Shown: one piece after another, positions 38,126 to 47,253 of the stretch | Layout of the letters: every line of letters begins with the position of its first letter | How positions within the stretch are numbered: position 1 is the stretch's first letter | IMG/VR virus record: IMGVR_UViG_3300027608_000010 | Source of the DNA: a virus | Taxonomy: Duplodnaviria; Caudoviricetes | Direction: 5' to 3' (one strand) | Length of the DNA: 64,000 bases | Notes under the pieces: generated by a model | Told to the model about the DNA's origin: nothing | Databases searched by the model: none | The model's input: the letters and a program-made list of their open reading frames with translations, nothing else | Position numbers and translations under genes: made by a program

Positions 38126-39593
38126 TTTATCAGATAGTCATAGCCCTGAATGGGCATTGTTCTTACCCGCAGTCAGTAGCTTTTATATCTCTGGCTTAGG
38201 CAAGCAACGTGAGGGTGAGCCTTACTTTGACTTAGCACGAATCCCTGCGGCCTTTAATGGTGATGTAGAGAAACTCAACTTCTTAAACAGTAAAGAAGGT
38301 CTTTATTATTACAAATGGGGATTGTATTCTGCTGGTCATGCTAACTTAGATACGAACAAAGTTGATCATAATGAAAGCATCATTCGCAAACGTGAAGAAG
38401 ATACATTCATATTAGGTGACTCTGGTGGTTTTCAGATCCTTAAAGGTCAATGGCCAGCAGACTGGAAGGATCCTAATTGTCCTAAAGCAATGATTAAGCG
38501 CAAAGCAGTATTGAATTGGATGGACACATACATGGACTATGGTATGTGTTTAGATATTCCTAGTCAATCTGAAACTACATTTGGTCTTCAAGATAAGAAT
38601 GGCAACAGTTTGCATGGCATTAGGAATGTTGATGATGCTATTGTTGCTACTCATATCAACAATGAATACTTTATTAAGAATCGTAATGGTAGTTGTAAGT
38701 TTCTAAACGTATTGCAAGGTCGTACTCATACTGATAGCGATACATGGTATGATGAGATGAAGAAATACTGCGACCCAAACATCTACCCAGATAATCATTT
38801 CAATGGTTGGGCATTTGGTGGACAAACAAAGATAGATGTCCATCTAATGTTGCGTAGAATGGTCGATATCATATATGATGGATTGTTACAAGAAGGTAAA
38901 CATGACTTGATTCACTGTTTGGGTGTATCAATACTTGAGTACGCTGTATTGTTTACTGATATTCAGAAAGCTATTCGTAAGAATCACAACCCCAAACTAC
39001 AAATCACATTTGATTGTGCAAGCCCATTCTTCTCTGCGGCTAAAGGTCTGGCTTATTTCAATAATAACATTGAACATGAAAAGAAATGGTCATACAGTAT
39101 GGAGAAAACTGCTGAGAACAAAAACTATGCCACAGATACCCGTAAGTTTAGTGACGGAGTTTTGGCTGATGGCATCCATAAAGTCTTTACAGATAGTCCA
39201 ATTACTGATAAACTACTAATGAAGGACTTGTGTTATCGAGGTCAAGGCTTCATTGGTCAACATGGTAAAGAAACTAAAACAAGTTGGGATACTTTGAGTT
39301 ATACGTTGTTACAAAGTCATAATGTCTATCAACATATGTTGGCAGTTCAGGAAGCAAATCGCAAATATGAAACAGGTGTTATTCCTGCAATGCTTAAGCA
39401 TAACTTGTCCGGACTAACATTCAAACAAGTTATTGATGATGTATTTGCACAAAATACTAGACAAGCTAGCCATGATGTTATTGATGCACATAGTAATCTA
39501 TGGAAACAAATGCAAAGTGGTAGTCAAGGTATGAGTGGTAAGAAAACTGTTAATTCATTAACTAAATTTAACGAATTGTTTGAGTTTGTATAA
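38112..39593 (+). CDS. dpdA: TGT-fold transglycosylase, probable DpdA-type DNA 7-deazaguanine insertion enzyme
   Basis: TGT motifs GDSGGFQ, MCLDIP, NVLQG, GWAFGG, IHCLGV, TFDCASP; embedded with folE/queD/queE. Confidence 0.75.
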   Translation: MDQVNLSDSHSPEWALFLPAVSSFYISGLGKQREGEPYFDLARIPAAFNGDVEKLNFLNSKEGLYYYKWGLYSAGHANLDTNKVDHNESIIRKREEDTFILGDSGGFQILKGQWPADWKDPNCPKAMIKRKAVLNWMDTYMDYGMCLDIPSQSETTFGLQDKNGNSLHGIRNVDDAIVATHINNEYFIKNRNGSCKFLNVLQGRTHTDSDTWYDEMKKYCDPNIYPDNHFNGWAFGGQTKIDVHLMLRRMVDIIYDGLLQEGKHDLIHCLGVSILEYAVLFTDIQKAIRKNHNPKLQITFDCASPFFSAAKGLAYFNNNIEHEKKWSYSMEKTAENKNYATDTRKFSDGVLADGIHKVFTDSPITDKLLMKDLCYRGQGFIGQHGKETKTSWDTLSYTLLQSHNVYQHMLAVQEANRKYETGVIPAMLKHNLSGLTFKQVIDDVFAQNTRQASHDVIDAHSNLWKQMQSGSQGMSGKKTVNSLTKFNELFEFV

Positions 39594-39823
39594 TGAATGA
39601 TTATCTAGTTCAACAAAATAATGATGAGAGTGGTGGCACACATCTTTCTATGAAAGATACAATTATATTCAACGGGTCTACGAATGATGAAATGTTAAAA
39701 ATTACACCTGATGGCTTTTATGTTCGCGGTGTAAAAGTTCATCAAGATGAACATGAAGCAGAAACAGTTTACAAAACATTTCATCAATGGCTTACATGGG
39801 CAACATTAACAAGGAATTTTTAA
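39593..39823 (+). CDS. hypothetical protein
   Basis: 76 aa, TAATG coupled. Confidence 0.7.
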   Translation: MNDYLVQQNNDESGGTHLSMKDTIIFNGSTNDEMLKITPDGFYVRGVKVHQDEHEAETVYKTFHQWLTWATLTRNF

Positions 39824-39824
39824 A

Positions 39825-40274
39825 ATGGAACAAAGAGAACAAGCATTAATAGAACAACGTGAACGTATTCGTACAATAGCAAACAGATTTATCTGGGTTA
39901 CTTTTCAACGTGAAGGTATTCATTGCTATCCACAAGCAGGTCATGATCCTGCATTAGCAACAGGTGACGAATATGATGTTAGCTTTTTAAGTACACCACA
40001 TCGTCATATATTTCATTTCCGAGTTGGCATTCAAGTAACGCACAACGATCGGGACATAGAGTTCATTCAATTCAAACGTTGGCTTGAAAGTTTATTTCAA
40101 GGCATACTTGAGTTGAATAACAAAAGCTGTGAAATGATTAGTGATGACCTCTATGAAGTCATTGCAACTCGCTACCCAGACCGTGACATTCAAATCGAAG
40201 TCTCAGAAGATGGAGAGAACGGATGTTCAATTAACTATAACACAAAACGACCACATTTGACAGTCGTAATTTAA
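39825..40274 (+). CDS. QueD-like T-fold protein, DpdL (CDG decarboxylase) candidate
   Basis: EGIHCYP, LSTPHRHIF (LxxxHRHxF), RDIEFI, SCEM..D, VSEDGENG. Confidence 0.65.
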   Translation: MEQREQALIEQRERIRTIANRFIWVTFQREGIHCYPQAGHDPALATGDEYDVSFLSTPHRHIFHFRVGIQVTHNDRDIEFIQFKRWLESLFQGILELNNKSCEMISDDLYEVIATRYPDRDIQIEVSEDGENGCSINYNTKRPHLTVVI

Positions 40275-40285
40275 GAGGTAATATA

Positions 40286-40498
40286 ATGGCAAAACCAACT
40301 TTTCAACCTAATCCTAAAGTTCATCAAATCTTTGAAGACTTGGAAAAGTATTTAGAATTCTGTGTTGACTTTGGCTATAAGTATGATGAGGCAAGTTTGT
40401 ACGATATGCGTAGCTATGTGTACCGTCAACATCAAAAACAACTGACAAACAAGTGGCCTAAAGACAGTTGGGCAGAAGACCGTAGGCATAATGCGTAG
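40286..40498 (+). CDS. hypothetical protein
   Basis: 70 aa with GAGG RBS. Confidence 0.7.
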   Translation: MAKPTFQPNPKVHQIFEDLEKYLEFCVDFGYKYDEASLYDMRSYVYRQHQKQLTNKWPKDSWAEDRRHNA

Positions 40499-41666
40499 AC
40501 TATATTATATGGGCCTTGAGCCCTATAAAGCACGATATACTCTGCAATTACAAGAGTGGAATCGTGCTGTCTTTGATAAACGGGGCATTGATTATGTTAT
40601 TGTCCCGGGCGAAACACTAAGTAACGACCAAGCGATTGTTACTGGTCAAGTATTAGATGCACATGGTCGCACATACTTTGGTATGTCGCAACTAATGAAT
40701 TTGATTCGTATGATGAAAGCCGGTGAACTAAACAATGAAGATGTTATCTACTTTGAAGATATGTTTCAGCCTGGCATTGAATCTTTACCCTATATTCTTA
40801 AACAAATCGACACAGTTAACAGGCCTCGGATTTATGTTCGCTGTCTTGCTCAGTCCATTGATCCTGATGATTTTGTTCATGTATGGGGTATGGCTAAGTT
40901 TATGGGTCACTATGAAAAGATGGTTGACTCATTCGTAGATGGTATGCTTGCAACGAATGAAGAAATGGTAATGAACATGAAGATTGCAGGCTGGGAAGCC
41001 CCAATTTATAATATATCAGGTCTTGCATTTGGTAAAGAAGAAGTACGCGGGCGTGTTGGCGAACTAAAGCCATTTAATGAGCGTACACCTCGTATTGTAT
41101 TTACCGCACGTTGGGATCAAGAAAAGCAACCTGATTTCTTCATGGATGTTATTGAAGAATTCAATAATAGATACGGTAATAGAAGTGCAGAGTTTGCGGT
41201 ATTAAGTGGTGCACCACTACGTAGTAACAATAGTAGTTACATGGAACGCACACATCAAATGCGTAGAGATGGTAAACTCAAAGTATATGAAGATTTAGAA
41301 AAAAATGACTACTATAGTCTCCTTAATGACTCAAGAGTTTTGTTCAACTGCGCCCTCCAAGATTGGGTCAGCAATACGGTCAGTGAAGCAGATACTCTTG
41401 GTTGCAATGTACTTTATCCTGCTTATCGCAGTTTCCCCGAAACCTTTGCAAATGATTATACAAGGCTGTATACTCCATGGAGTGTAGAAGATGCCGCAAT
41501 CAAGTTATTCAATATGCTACATACACCGCATAAAAAGCAAGGTATGATTAGTGATTGGAATGATGGTACTATTGACCGTATCTGTGATATCATGGAGGGC
41601 AATGGTGAGCAATGGTTGCGTATGAGTACTGACTATCGCAAGCACACAAGAGAAAGTAAATATTAA
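40491..41666 (+). CDS. GT-B glycosyltransferase, T4 alpha-glucosyltransferase-like
   Basis: IVFTARWDQEKQPDFF, ALQDWVSNTVSEA..LGC..LYPAYRSFPE donor-binding pattern. Confidence 0.75.
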   Translation: MRRLYYMGLEPYKARYTLQLQEWNRAVFDKRGIDYVIVPGETLSNDQAIVTGQVLDAHGRTYFGMSQLMNLIRMMKAGELNNEDVIYFEDMFQPGIESLPYILKQIDTVNRPRIYVRCLAQSIDPDDFVHVWGMAKFMGHYEKMVDSFVDGMLATNEEMVMNMKIAGWEAPIYNISGLAFGKEEVRGRVGELKPFNERTPRIVFTARWDQEKQPDFFMDVIEEFNNRYGNRSAEFAVLSGAPLRSNNSSYMERTHQMRRDGKLKVYEDLEKNDYYSLLNDSRVLFNCALQDWVSNTVSEADTLGCNVLYPAYRSFPETFANDYTRLYTPWSVEDAAIKLFNMLHTPHKKQGMISDWNDGTIDRICDIMEGNGEQWLRMSTDYRKHTRESKY

Positions 41667-41786
41667 GATGATTATTGAAATATTAATTGCATTAGGGTAT
41701 ACAACAATATCATTTGTTATTGTTATGTTGATATATGCCGCAATCAGTAAATTATCAAAATCAAAAAGCCAACACAAGGAGTAAAC

Positions 41787-42395
41787 ATGGCAACTTGGAA
41801 ATTATCAACATACTATAAGAAAAGTGCAATTGAACGACAAATTTGGGTTAAGGATGATAAGGTAATCATCCGTGAAGAAGGTTATCGTTGGGGAACATTC
41901 TATGTTCAATCCGATGAGCGTCCTCTTACTGATGCAGAATTGATTAATGAACATGGATATGAACTTGGTTGTCTTGACAATGATGAGTGTTGGGAACTAG
42001 ATAGTTTAGATGATGGATGTTGGGCTGATTCAACAGCAGGTAGAAATTGTACCGAAGAAGATTTAGAAGCATTTGAAGAAGCCTGGGAAGAAAATTACAA
42101 TGAGGGTGTAGAAGAATTGGGTTGGAGTAATGATGATACTGAGTTTGAATTTCAAGGTCCATTAGTATTGACTAATGAAGATACCGGTGAAGAATTCAAT
42201 GGTGATGAAATCACAAAACCAGAAGTAACAGAATCAGTTACACTCAAAACACTTAATCCAACAGCGGCATGGCCTTTTGGTGACGAACCAATTGATTATG
42301 TTGAAGTTGACCCAACAACATGGCCCTCTCCAAATAGTAATTTTGTAGAAACTGCTAAATGGCCCTTCGAAACAAAAACTAAAGAGGAAAAATAA
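41787..42395 (+). CDS. acidic hypothetical protein with C-terminal W-P-(F/S) repeats
   Basis: 202 aa, AGGAG RBS. Confidence 0.75.
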   Translation: MATWKLSTYYKKSAIERQIWVKDDKVIIREEGYRWGTFYVQSDERPLTDAELINEHGYELGCLDNDECWELDSLDDGCWADSTAGRNCTEEDLEAFEEAWEENYNEGVEELGWSNDDTEFEFQGPLVLTNEDTGEEFNGDEITKPEVTESVTLKTLNPTAAWPFGDEPIDYVEVDPTTWPSPNSNFVETAKWPFETKTKEEK

Positions 42396-42574
42396 TGGCT
42401 AAGAAAAAAGTAAAAATAGAACTATACGCAGAAGCACCATATATGCAGGGCTATGCATCAGGATTGGCAAATGAAGAATTTTTTAATCCATATGCTGATT
42501 TAGAAAATGCAGAAGCAGACGCTGAGGACTACGAGCGTGGGTATGAAAACGCCACTGAAACTGTAGCAGAATAA
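42395..42574 (+). CDS. ribosome modulation factor (RMF)-like small protein (missing from ORF track)
   Basis: YMQGYASG......NPY.........YERGYENA resembles RMF (RGYxAG...CPY...W.GGWR); TAATG coupled. Confidence 0.5.
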   Translation: MAKKKVKIELYAEAPYMQGYASGLANEEFFNPYADLENAEADAEDYERGYENATETVAE

Positions 42575-42594
42575 TTTAACATAAAGGAAATAAA

Positions 42595-42783
42595 ATGAAT
42601 GCACATAACGATATTAAAACACACTTTGATGACTACTTGATGGAGAACGAAAAGTTTGACAAAGGTAATGCATCAGCAGGCACACGTGCCCGCAAAGCAT
42701 TAGCAGAAATGGCTAAAGCAGTTAAAGCACGCCGCAGCGAAATTACTGCCGAGAAAACTGCAAGAAAAGAAGCTAAGGCTTAA
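42595..42783 (+). CDS. Hc1-like histone H1-type nucleoid protein
   Basis: ENEKFDKGNASAGTRARKALAEMAK..KARRSEI. Confidence 0.65.
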   Translation: MNAHNDIKTHFDDYLMENEKFDKGNASAGTRARKALAEMAKAVKARRSEITAEKTARKEAKA

Positions 42784-42858
42784 TGCTGTGATAAATACTT
42801 GTGAGACACAAAGGTCGCACAACGTCAAAACAAAACACTCACAACGGAGGGTTATCAA

Positions 42859-43536
42859 ATGAGTTATAATAAGACAAAAACTGATCCTGAATTAGGATTA
42901 CAAGTACACGAACATCTAGTTAAAATGGGTGTTGAAACGCCAACCACTTATACAGGTCATATGTCCCGTGTAGGCAAGATTGAATTGATTGAAAGTCATT
43001 TCAAAGGTATCATGGAAACATTAGGTTTAGACCTAAGTGATGATAGCTTAATGGACACACCCAAGCGTGTTGCCAAGATGTATGTCAATGAAATCTTTTG
43101 GGGACTTGATTATGAAGCATTCCCTAAATGTACTACTGTTGACAATAAAATGAAATACAATGAAATGGTATGTGAACGTAACGTTAACGTGCAAAGCAAT
43201 TGTGAACATCACTTTGTTGTTATTGATGGGCTTGCTACTGTTGCATATGTTCCCAAAGACAGAGTACTTGGCTTAAGTAAAATCAATCGTATTGTAGAAT
43301 ATTTTTCTAAGCGACCACAAATACAAGAACGATTAACTGAACAAATCTTTCACACACTACAATACATTTTGAACACAGAAGATGTTGCAGTTATGATTGA
43401 CGCAAAACACTATTGTGTTGCGGCCAGGGGAGTTGAGGATACTGGTAGTAGTACAGTAACCACACGCTTAGGTGGTGGGTTTAAATCTGACCCGGCGGCA
43501 CGTGCAGAGTTCTATCAAATTGCGAGACAGAAATGA
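42859..43536 (+). CDS. folE: GTP cyclohydrolase I
   Basis: DTPKRVAKMY, SNCEHH, LGLSKINR, RPQIQERLT, HYCVAARGV. Confidence 0.96.
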   Translation: MSYNKTKTDPELGLQVHEHLVKMGVETPTTYTGHMSRVGKIELIESHFKGIMETLGLDLSDDSLMDTPKRVAKMYVNEIFWGLDYEAFPKCTTVDNKMKYNEMVCERNVNVQSNCEHHFVVIDGLATVAYVPKDRVLGLSKINRIVEYFSKRPQIQERLTEQIFHTLQYILNTEDVAVMIDAKHYCVAARGVEDTGSSTVTTRLGGGFKSDPAARAEFYQIARQK

Positions 43537-43730
43537 ATGAAAAGATTAAAGCATTAGAACAACGATGCTGGAGCCATCGTGTTAACGGAGTATTAGTAGA
43601 TGGTCATTTACATTTTGATGCGGCAAAGTTTGCTGAGTTAATTGTGCTTAAGTGTGCCGAGATTGCTGACACTGCGGAACCATTCCTTTCTTCAGATTTG
43701 ATTAAACAACATTTTGGAGTTAAAGAATGA
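43533..43730 (+). CDS. FAELIV...HFGV(K/E)E small-protein family member
   Basis: paralogous to 62157 and 62426 ORFs. Confidence 0.75.
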   Translation: MNEKIKALEQRCWSHRVNGVLVDGHLHFDAAKFAELIVLKCAEIADTAEPFLSSDLIKQHFGVKE

Positions 43731-44038
43731 ACTTTATAACATGGATTTTTAGACGAGTTAAAAACAGCCAATCAGATTGGGTACGGGGCTATCGCCGTTT
43801 AATACTAGAGGAAACTTTCCTGAGCATAATGTTTACACTTATTTGTGGAATCTTATTGTATATTGTACCTGTGGGATTTCTGTTGATACCTTACATTGAC
43901 CGTACAGACACAGCCGTAACGATCATATGGGGTCTTGTAGCATCAGTTGTCATATTCTATGTGTATCATTGGCTCATGGCCCTGCACGAAGTTTATGAAC
44001 GAGAAAAACTAAAAACTTGGGAGGCACTAAAGCGATGA
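43727..44038 (+). CDS. 2-TM membrane protein
   Basis: two hydrophobic segments. Confidence 0.7.
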   Translation: MNFITWIFRRVKNSQSDWVRGYRRLILEETFLSIMFTLICGILLYIVPVGFLLIPYIDRTDTAVTIIWGLVASVVIFYVYHWLMALHEVYEREKLKTWEALKR

Positions 44039-44235
44039 CAATAGAAGATTTAGAATTTATTTTTCAAAATCAAATTGAAGAAGGCACAGAGAAGCTATAC
44101 TTCATGCTGACTGACGGGGATCGTCATCCCCTAATACAACGACATCCTGCTGATGATTTAGCGGGTTTATTACCTATGCTAGATAGTTTTCATTACGCTG
44201 GCTCAGGTGCTGGCATGCCAAGATTTACAAAATGA
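44035..44235 (+). CDS. hypothetical protein
   Basis: ATGA-coupled small ORF. Confidence 0.6.
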   Translation: MTIEDLEFIFQNQIEEGTEKLYFMLTDGDRHPLIQRHPADDLAGLLPMLDSFHYAGSGAGMPRFTK

Positions 44236-44498
44236 ATCGTTCACCTTTCAGAAACCAAGAAGAAGCACTTGCCTTTCTTAAAAAGATAGGCACTAAAAAA
44301 CGCAGGGTTATTGAAGGTGTTGAACGTGAACACATGTTATTGATTTTTGCATTGATTGGTCCAACTGAATCAAGTAACAATCAACGAACATTTACTAATG
44401 TCTATCGTCACATTGGTAAAGAATATGAAGTTACATATGGATTCAGTGATTTGGGTGAACCCGATCCAATAGTAGAAGAATTGACGGAGTTAGAATGA
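44232..44498 (+). CDS. hypothetical protein
   Basis: 88 aa, ATGA coupled. Confidence 0.7.
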   Translation: MNRSPFRNQEEALAFLKKIGTKKRRVIEGVEREHMLLIFALIGPTESSNNQRTFTNVYRHIGKEYEVTYGFSDLGEPDPIVEELTELE

Positions 44499-44959
44499 TA
44501 TTCAATAAGATTAAAGAACTAAAAGAACGTGGATTGATTATTGGTATTACCTTTAGTCAATTTGACTTATTACACGCCGGTCATATTGCAATGCTAAGTG
44601 AAGCAAAGAATCATTGTGATTATTTGATTGCTGGCTTGCAAAACAATGCACAGTGGGATAGACCAGAAAAGAATGAACCAATTCAAAGTATTGTAGAACG
44701 ACAAATCAGTTTAAGTGCGGTACGCACAGTAGATGAAATTGTTATCTATAATACAGAGAAGGATTTAGCAGACATTCTACTAACACTACCTATTGATGTG
44801 CGTATTCTGGGTATTGAATATGCAGACAAAGATTTCAGTGGTAAGGAAATCTGTGAAAGAAGAAATATTAAGATTATCTATAACGGGCGTGACCATAGTT
44901 TTAGTAGCAGTAGTTTGCGAAAAAGAATTTTGGAAGCAGAGCAGAAAAAAAGTAAATAA
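44495..44959 (+). CDS. TagD-like (glycerol-3-phosphate) cytidylyltransferase
   Basis: FSQFDLLHAGH, ERQ..LSAVRTVDE, RDHSFSSSSLR. Confidence 0.88.
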   Translation: MIFNKIKELKERGLIIGITFSQFDLLHAGHIAMLSEAKNHCDYLIAGLQNNAQWDRPEKNEPIQSIVERQISLSAVRTVDEIVIYNTEKDLADILLTLPIDVRILGIEYADKDFSGKEICERRNIKIIYNGRDHSFSSSSLRKRILEAEQKKSK

Positions 44960-45034
44960 AGATAACCGGCCTTATGGGCTCATCCCGGTATACAAATTCT
45001 GCGTCCTATGCTATAATTAACATAGGAGAAAATC

Positions 45035-45574
45035 ATGGCAAACTTAAACGAAAACGAATCTCAAACACATCGTTGGAATTCAGCAAGACAATATAAATTC
45101 ACAAGTACTAAAGAATATCACGATGCATTTCCGTGTGCATATCGTCAATGGCGGGCAGATAGTCATTGCAATATGATTCATGGATATAGTTTCAGTATGC
45201 GATTCTATTTCGGTACTGATAGTTTAGATGTTCGTAACTGGGCGGCTGACTATGGTGGACTAAAAGAATTGAAAAAGATTCTTGAGGATCAATTTGACCA
45301 CACATTGTTAGTAGCACAAGATGACCCGGAACTTGATACATTCAAAATGCTACAAGAAAAGAAATTGGCTAAGTTAACCATTCTACCAAGAATTGGTTGT
45401 GAGAGTTTAGCCGATATGCTTTACAAATATGTCAATGGAGTGTATATTCCAGATATGTGGGGTAACGGTGAAGCAGAACGTTTATGGTGCTATCGGGTTG
45501 AAGTACGTGAGACACAAGCTAACATGGCATTCCGTGAAGGTCATCGTGAATGGAATGAAGATTTATTCGCATAA
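45035..45574 (+). CDS. queD: 6-carboxy-5,6,7,8-tetrahydropterin synthase
   Basis: CAYRQWRADSHCNMIHGY, DYGGLK, FDHTLL, GCESLA, VRET. Confidence 0.88.
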   Translation: MANLNENESQTHRWNSARQYKFTSTKEYHDAFPCAYRQWRADSHCNMIHGYSFSMRFYFGTDSLDVRNWAADYGGLKELKKILEDQFDHTLLVAQDDPELDTFKMLQEKKLAKLTILPRIGCESLADMLYKYVNGVYIPDMWGNGEAERLWCYRVEVRETQANMAFREGHREWNEDLFA

Positions 45575-45582
45575 GGTTAAAA

Positions 45583-45801
45583 ATGTGGGCACGTGAACAA
45601 AGTTATGTTTATCTCAAGCAGTACATTCAGTGCCGCAACAATACTCCCTGGCCTATGGCAGTGCCGCAAGCGCATGACCGTGCTAGATGGACACTACAAC
45701 ATCTAGGCGGTCTAGCTAGCAGTTGGGACATACGCCGTAGTGATTGTACATATTATTATCCACAGGTAAAAAATGAAAAGAATGTGGAGACTTTGGGCTA
45801 A
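45583..45801 (+). CDS. hypothetical protein
   Basis: 72 aa. Confidence 0.55.
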   Translation: MWAREQSYVYLKQYIQCRNNTPWPMAVPQAHDRARWTLQHLGGLASSWDIRRSDCTYYYPQVKNEKNVETLG

Positions 45802-45931
45802 AAGTTTAGGAGAGAAAGCAGGTAATACGGATAGTGAAGCTAACCGTATTGCTTGTATACGTACCTGCATTGTGTTAATATATGTTATCACAAATTTTTT
45901 TATTATTGCAGGCATAATAAGACATTGGTAA
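45773..45931 (+). CDS. small membrane protein (52 aa, missing from ORF track)
   Basis: MWRLWAKSLGEKAG..D.EANRIACIRT..VLIYVITNFFIIAGIIRHW. Confidence 0.7.
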   Translation: MKRMWRLWAKSLGEKAGNTDSEANRIACIRTCIVLIYVITNFFIIAGIIRHW

Positions 45932-45938
45932 ATATAAA

Positions 45939-46781
45939 ATGAGCAAACTTAAAATATCAGAACTGTTTTACAGTATACAAGGTGAAGGTCGTTACATGGG
46001 TGTCCCGAGCGTGTTCTTACGCACGTTTGGGTGTAATTTTAAATGTGATGGCTTTGGAATGACTAAAGGAGAAAAAAGTGTTGAACGTTTTAAGGTGGAC
46101 GGAGAAAAGTTTAAATCTTATAAATCACTACCACTTGTATCTACTGGATGCGATAGCTATGCGAGTTGGGATCCGCGCTTCAAACATCTCAGTCCTGTTC
46201 TCGACACCAATACTATTGTTGATACTATTACCAATTTACTTCCTCATGGTCGTTGGAAAGATGAGCATTTGGTTATCACGGGTGGTGAACCACTACTAGG
46301 CTGGCAACGTGCTTATATAGACTTGTTGTCACATGACAATATGCGTGGCTTACAAGAAATAACATTTGAAACTAATGGTACACAATTGTTGGAACCAGAA
46401 CTAGTTACTTTCTTAAATGAATGGAAGAAACATCGTTTCTTACATTGTCTAACATTTAGTGTTAGTCCTAAACTAAGCATCAGTGGTGAGAATTGGGAAG
46501 ATGCAATCTGTGCTGATATTGTTAAACAATATTATAATACTGGTTTTACGTATTTAAAGTTTGTTGTGGCTTCTAAAGAAGATGCAGAAGAAGCAGAGCA
46601 AGCAGTAAACGAATATCGTAAACGAGGCTTTAAAGGTCCTGTATATCTTATGCCATGTGGTGGTGTTGAAAGTGTTTATAGCATGAACAACAGAACTGTT
46701 GCTGAACTTGCAATACAAAAAGGCTGGCGTTATAGTGATAGACTACAAGTGCCACTCTTTAAAAACGAATGGGGAACTTAA
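45939..46781 (+). CDS. queE: 7-carboxy-7-deazaguanine synthase (radical SAM)
   Basis: SELFYSIQGEG, FLRTFGCNFKC...GCDS, ITGGEPLL, FETNGT, SVSPKL, RLQV. Confidence 0.92.
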   Translation: MSKLKISELFYSIQGEGRYMGVPSVFLRTFGCNFKCDGFGMTKGEKSVERFKVDGEKFKSYKSLPLVSTGCDSYASWDPRFKHLSPVLDTNTIVDTITNLLPHGRWKDEHLVITGGEPLLGWQRAYIDLLSHDNMRGLQEITFETNGTQLLEPELVTFLNEWKKHRFLHCLTFSVSPKLSISGENWEDAICADIVKQYYNTGFTYLKFVVASKEDAEEAEQAVNEYRKRGFKGPVYLMPCGGVESVYSMNNRTVAELAIQKGWRYSDRLQVPLFKNEWGT

Positions 46782-46984
46782 TGGAAACTAAAAAACGCAC
46801 ATTAGTAAGGATGCTTACCTATCGTTTAACTGCGTGGCTATTTACGATCTTTTGGACATGGTTATTCACCGGCGACATTGCCAGTGCTACCGGATTTGCC
46901 ACCGCATTACATATTCTTCTCAGTATAGACTATTATATTCACGAACGTATTTGGCTTAAAATTAAATGGGGTAGAACAGAGTAA
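46781..46984 (+). CDS. DUF2061-like membrane protein
   Basis: METKKRTLVRMLTYR...YYIHERIWLKIKWG. Confidence 0.7.
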   Translation: METKKRTLVRMLTYRLTAWLFTIFWTWLFTGDIASATGFATALHILLSIDYYIHERIWLKIKWGRTE

Positions 46985-47253
46985 TGTTCGGTAGTAATTA
47001 CAATGACTATAGAATGAAGTTAGGATATAATCCTAAATCATCAACTGAAGCTGATTGGGTATTTCACAAAACAGCAATATGGACAAAAGAGTTTGCATGG
47101 TTGCCACATCGTTGTATGCTTACTAAAAAAATTATTTGGTTGCAATTTGCCTATCAAGGCATTGCTAGGTATTATGGGCAGAGTGTTCATGTGGTATATG
47201 AATATCACTGGCATCGTTATGACGAACACATTATTTGGGAACTACAAAAATGA
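46984..47253 (+). CDS. hypothetical protein
   Basis: 89 aa; FAWLPHRC..TKKIIWL. Confidence 0.65.
   Translation: MFGSNYNDYRMKLGYNPKSSTEADWVFHKTAIWTKEFAWLPHRCMLTKKIIWLQFAYQGIARYYGQSVHVVYEYHWHRYDEHIIWELQK

Noticed and set aside
38112-39593. Canonical tRNA-guanine transglycosylase (tgt) for queuosine
   Set aside because: Lacks the CxCxxC/H zinc site of bacterial TGT and there are no queA/queF/queG or tRNAs nearby; a DNA-acting DpdA is more parsimonious though not proven
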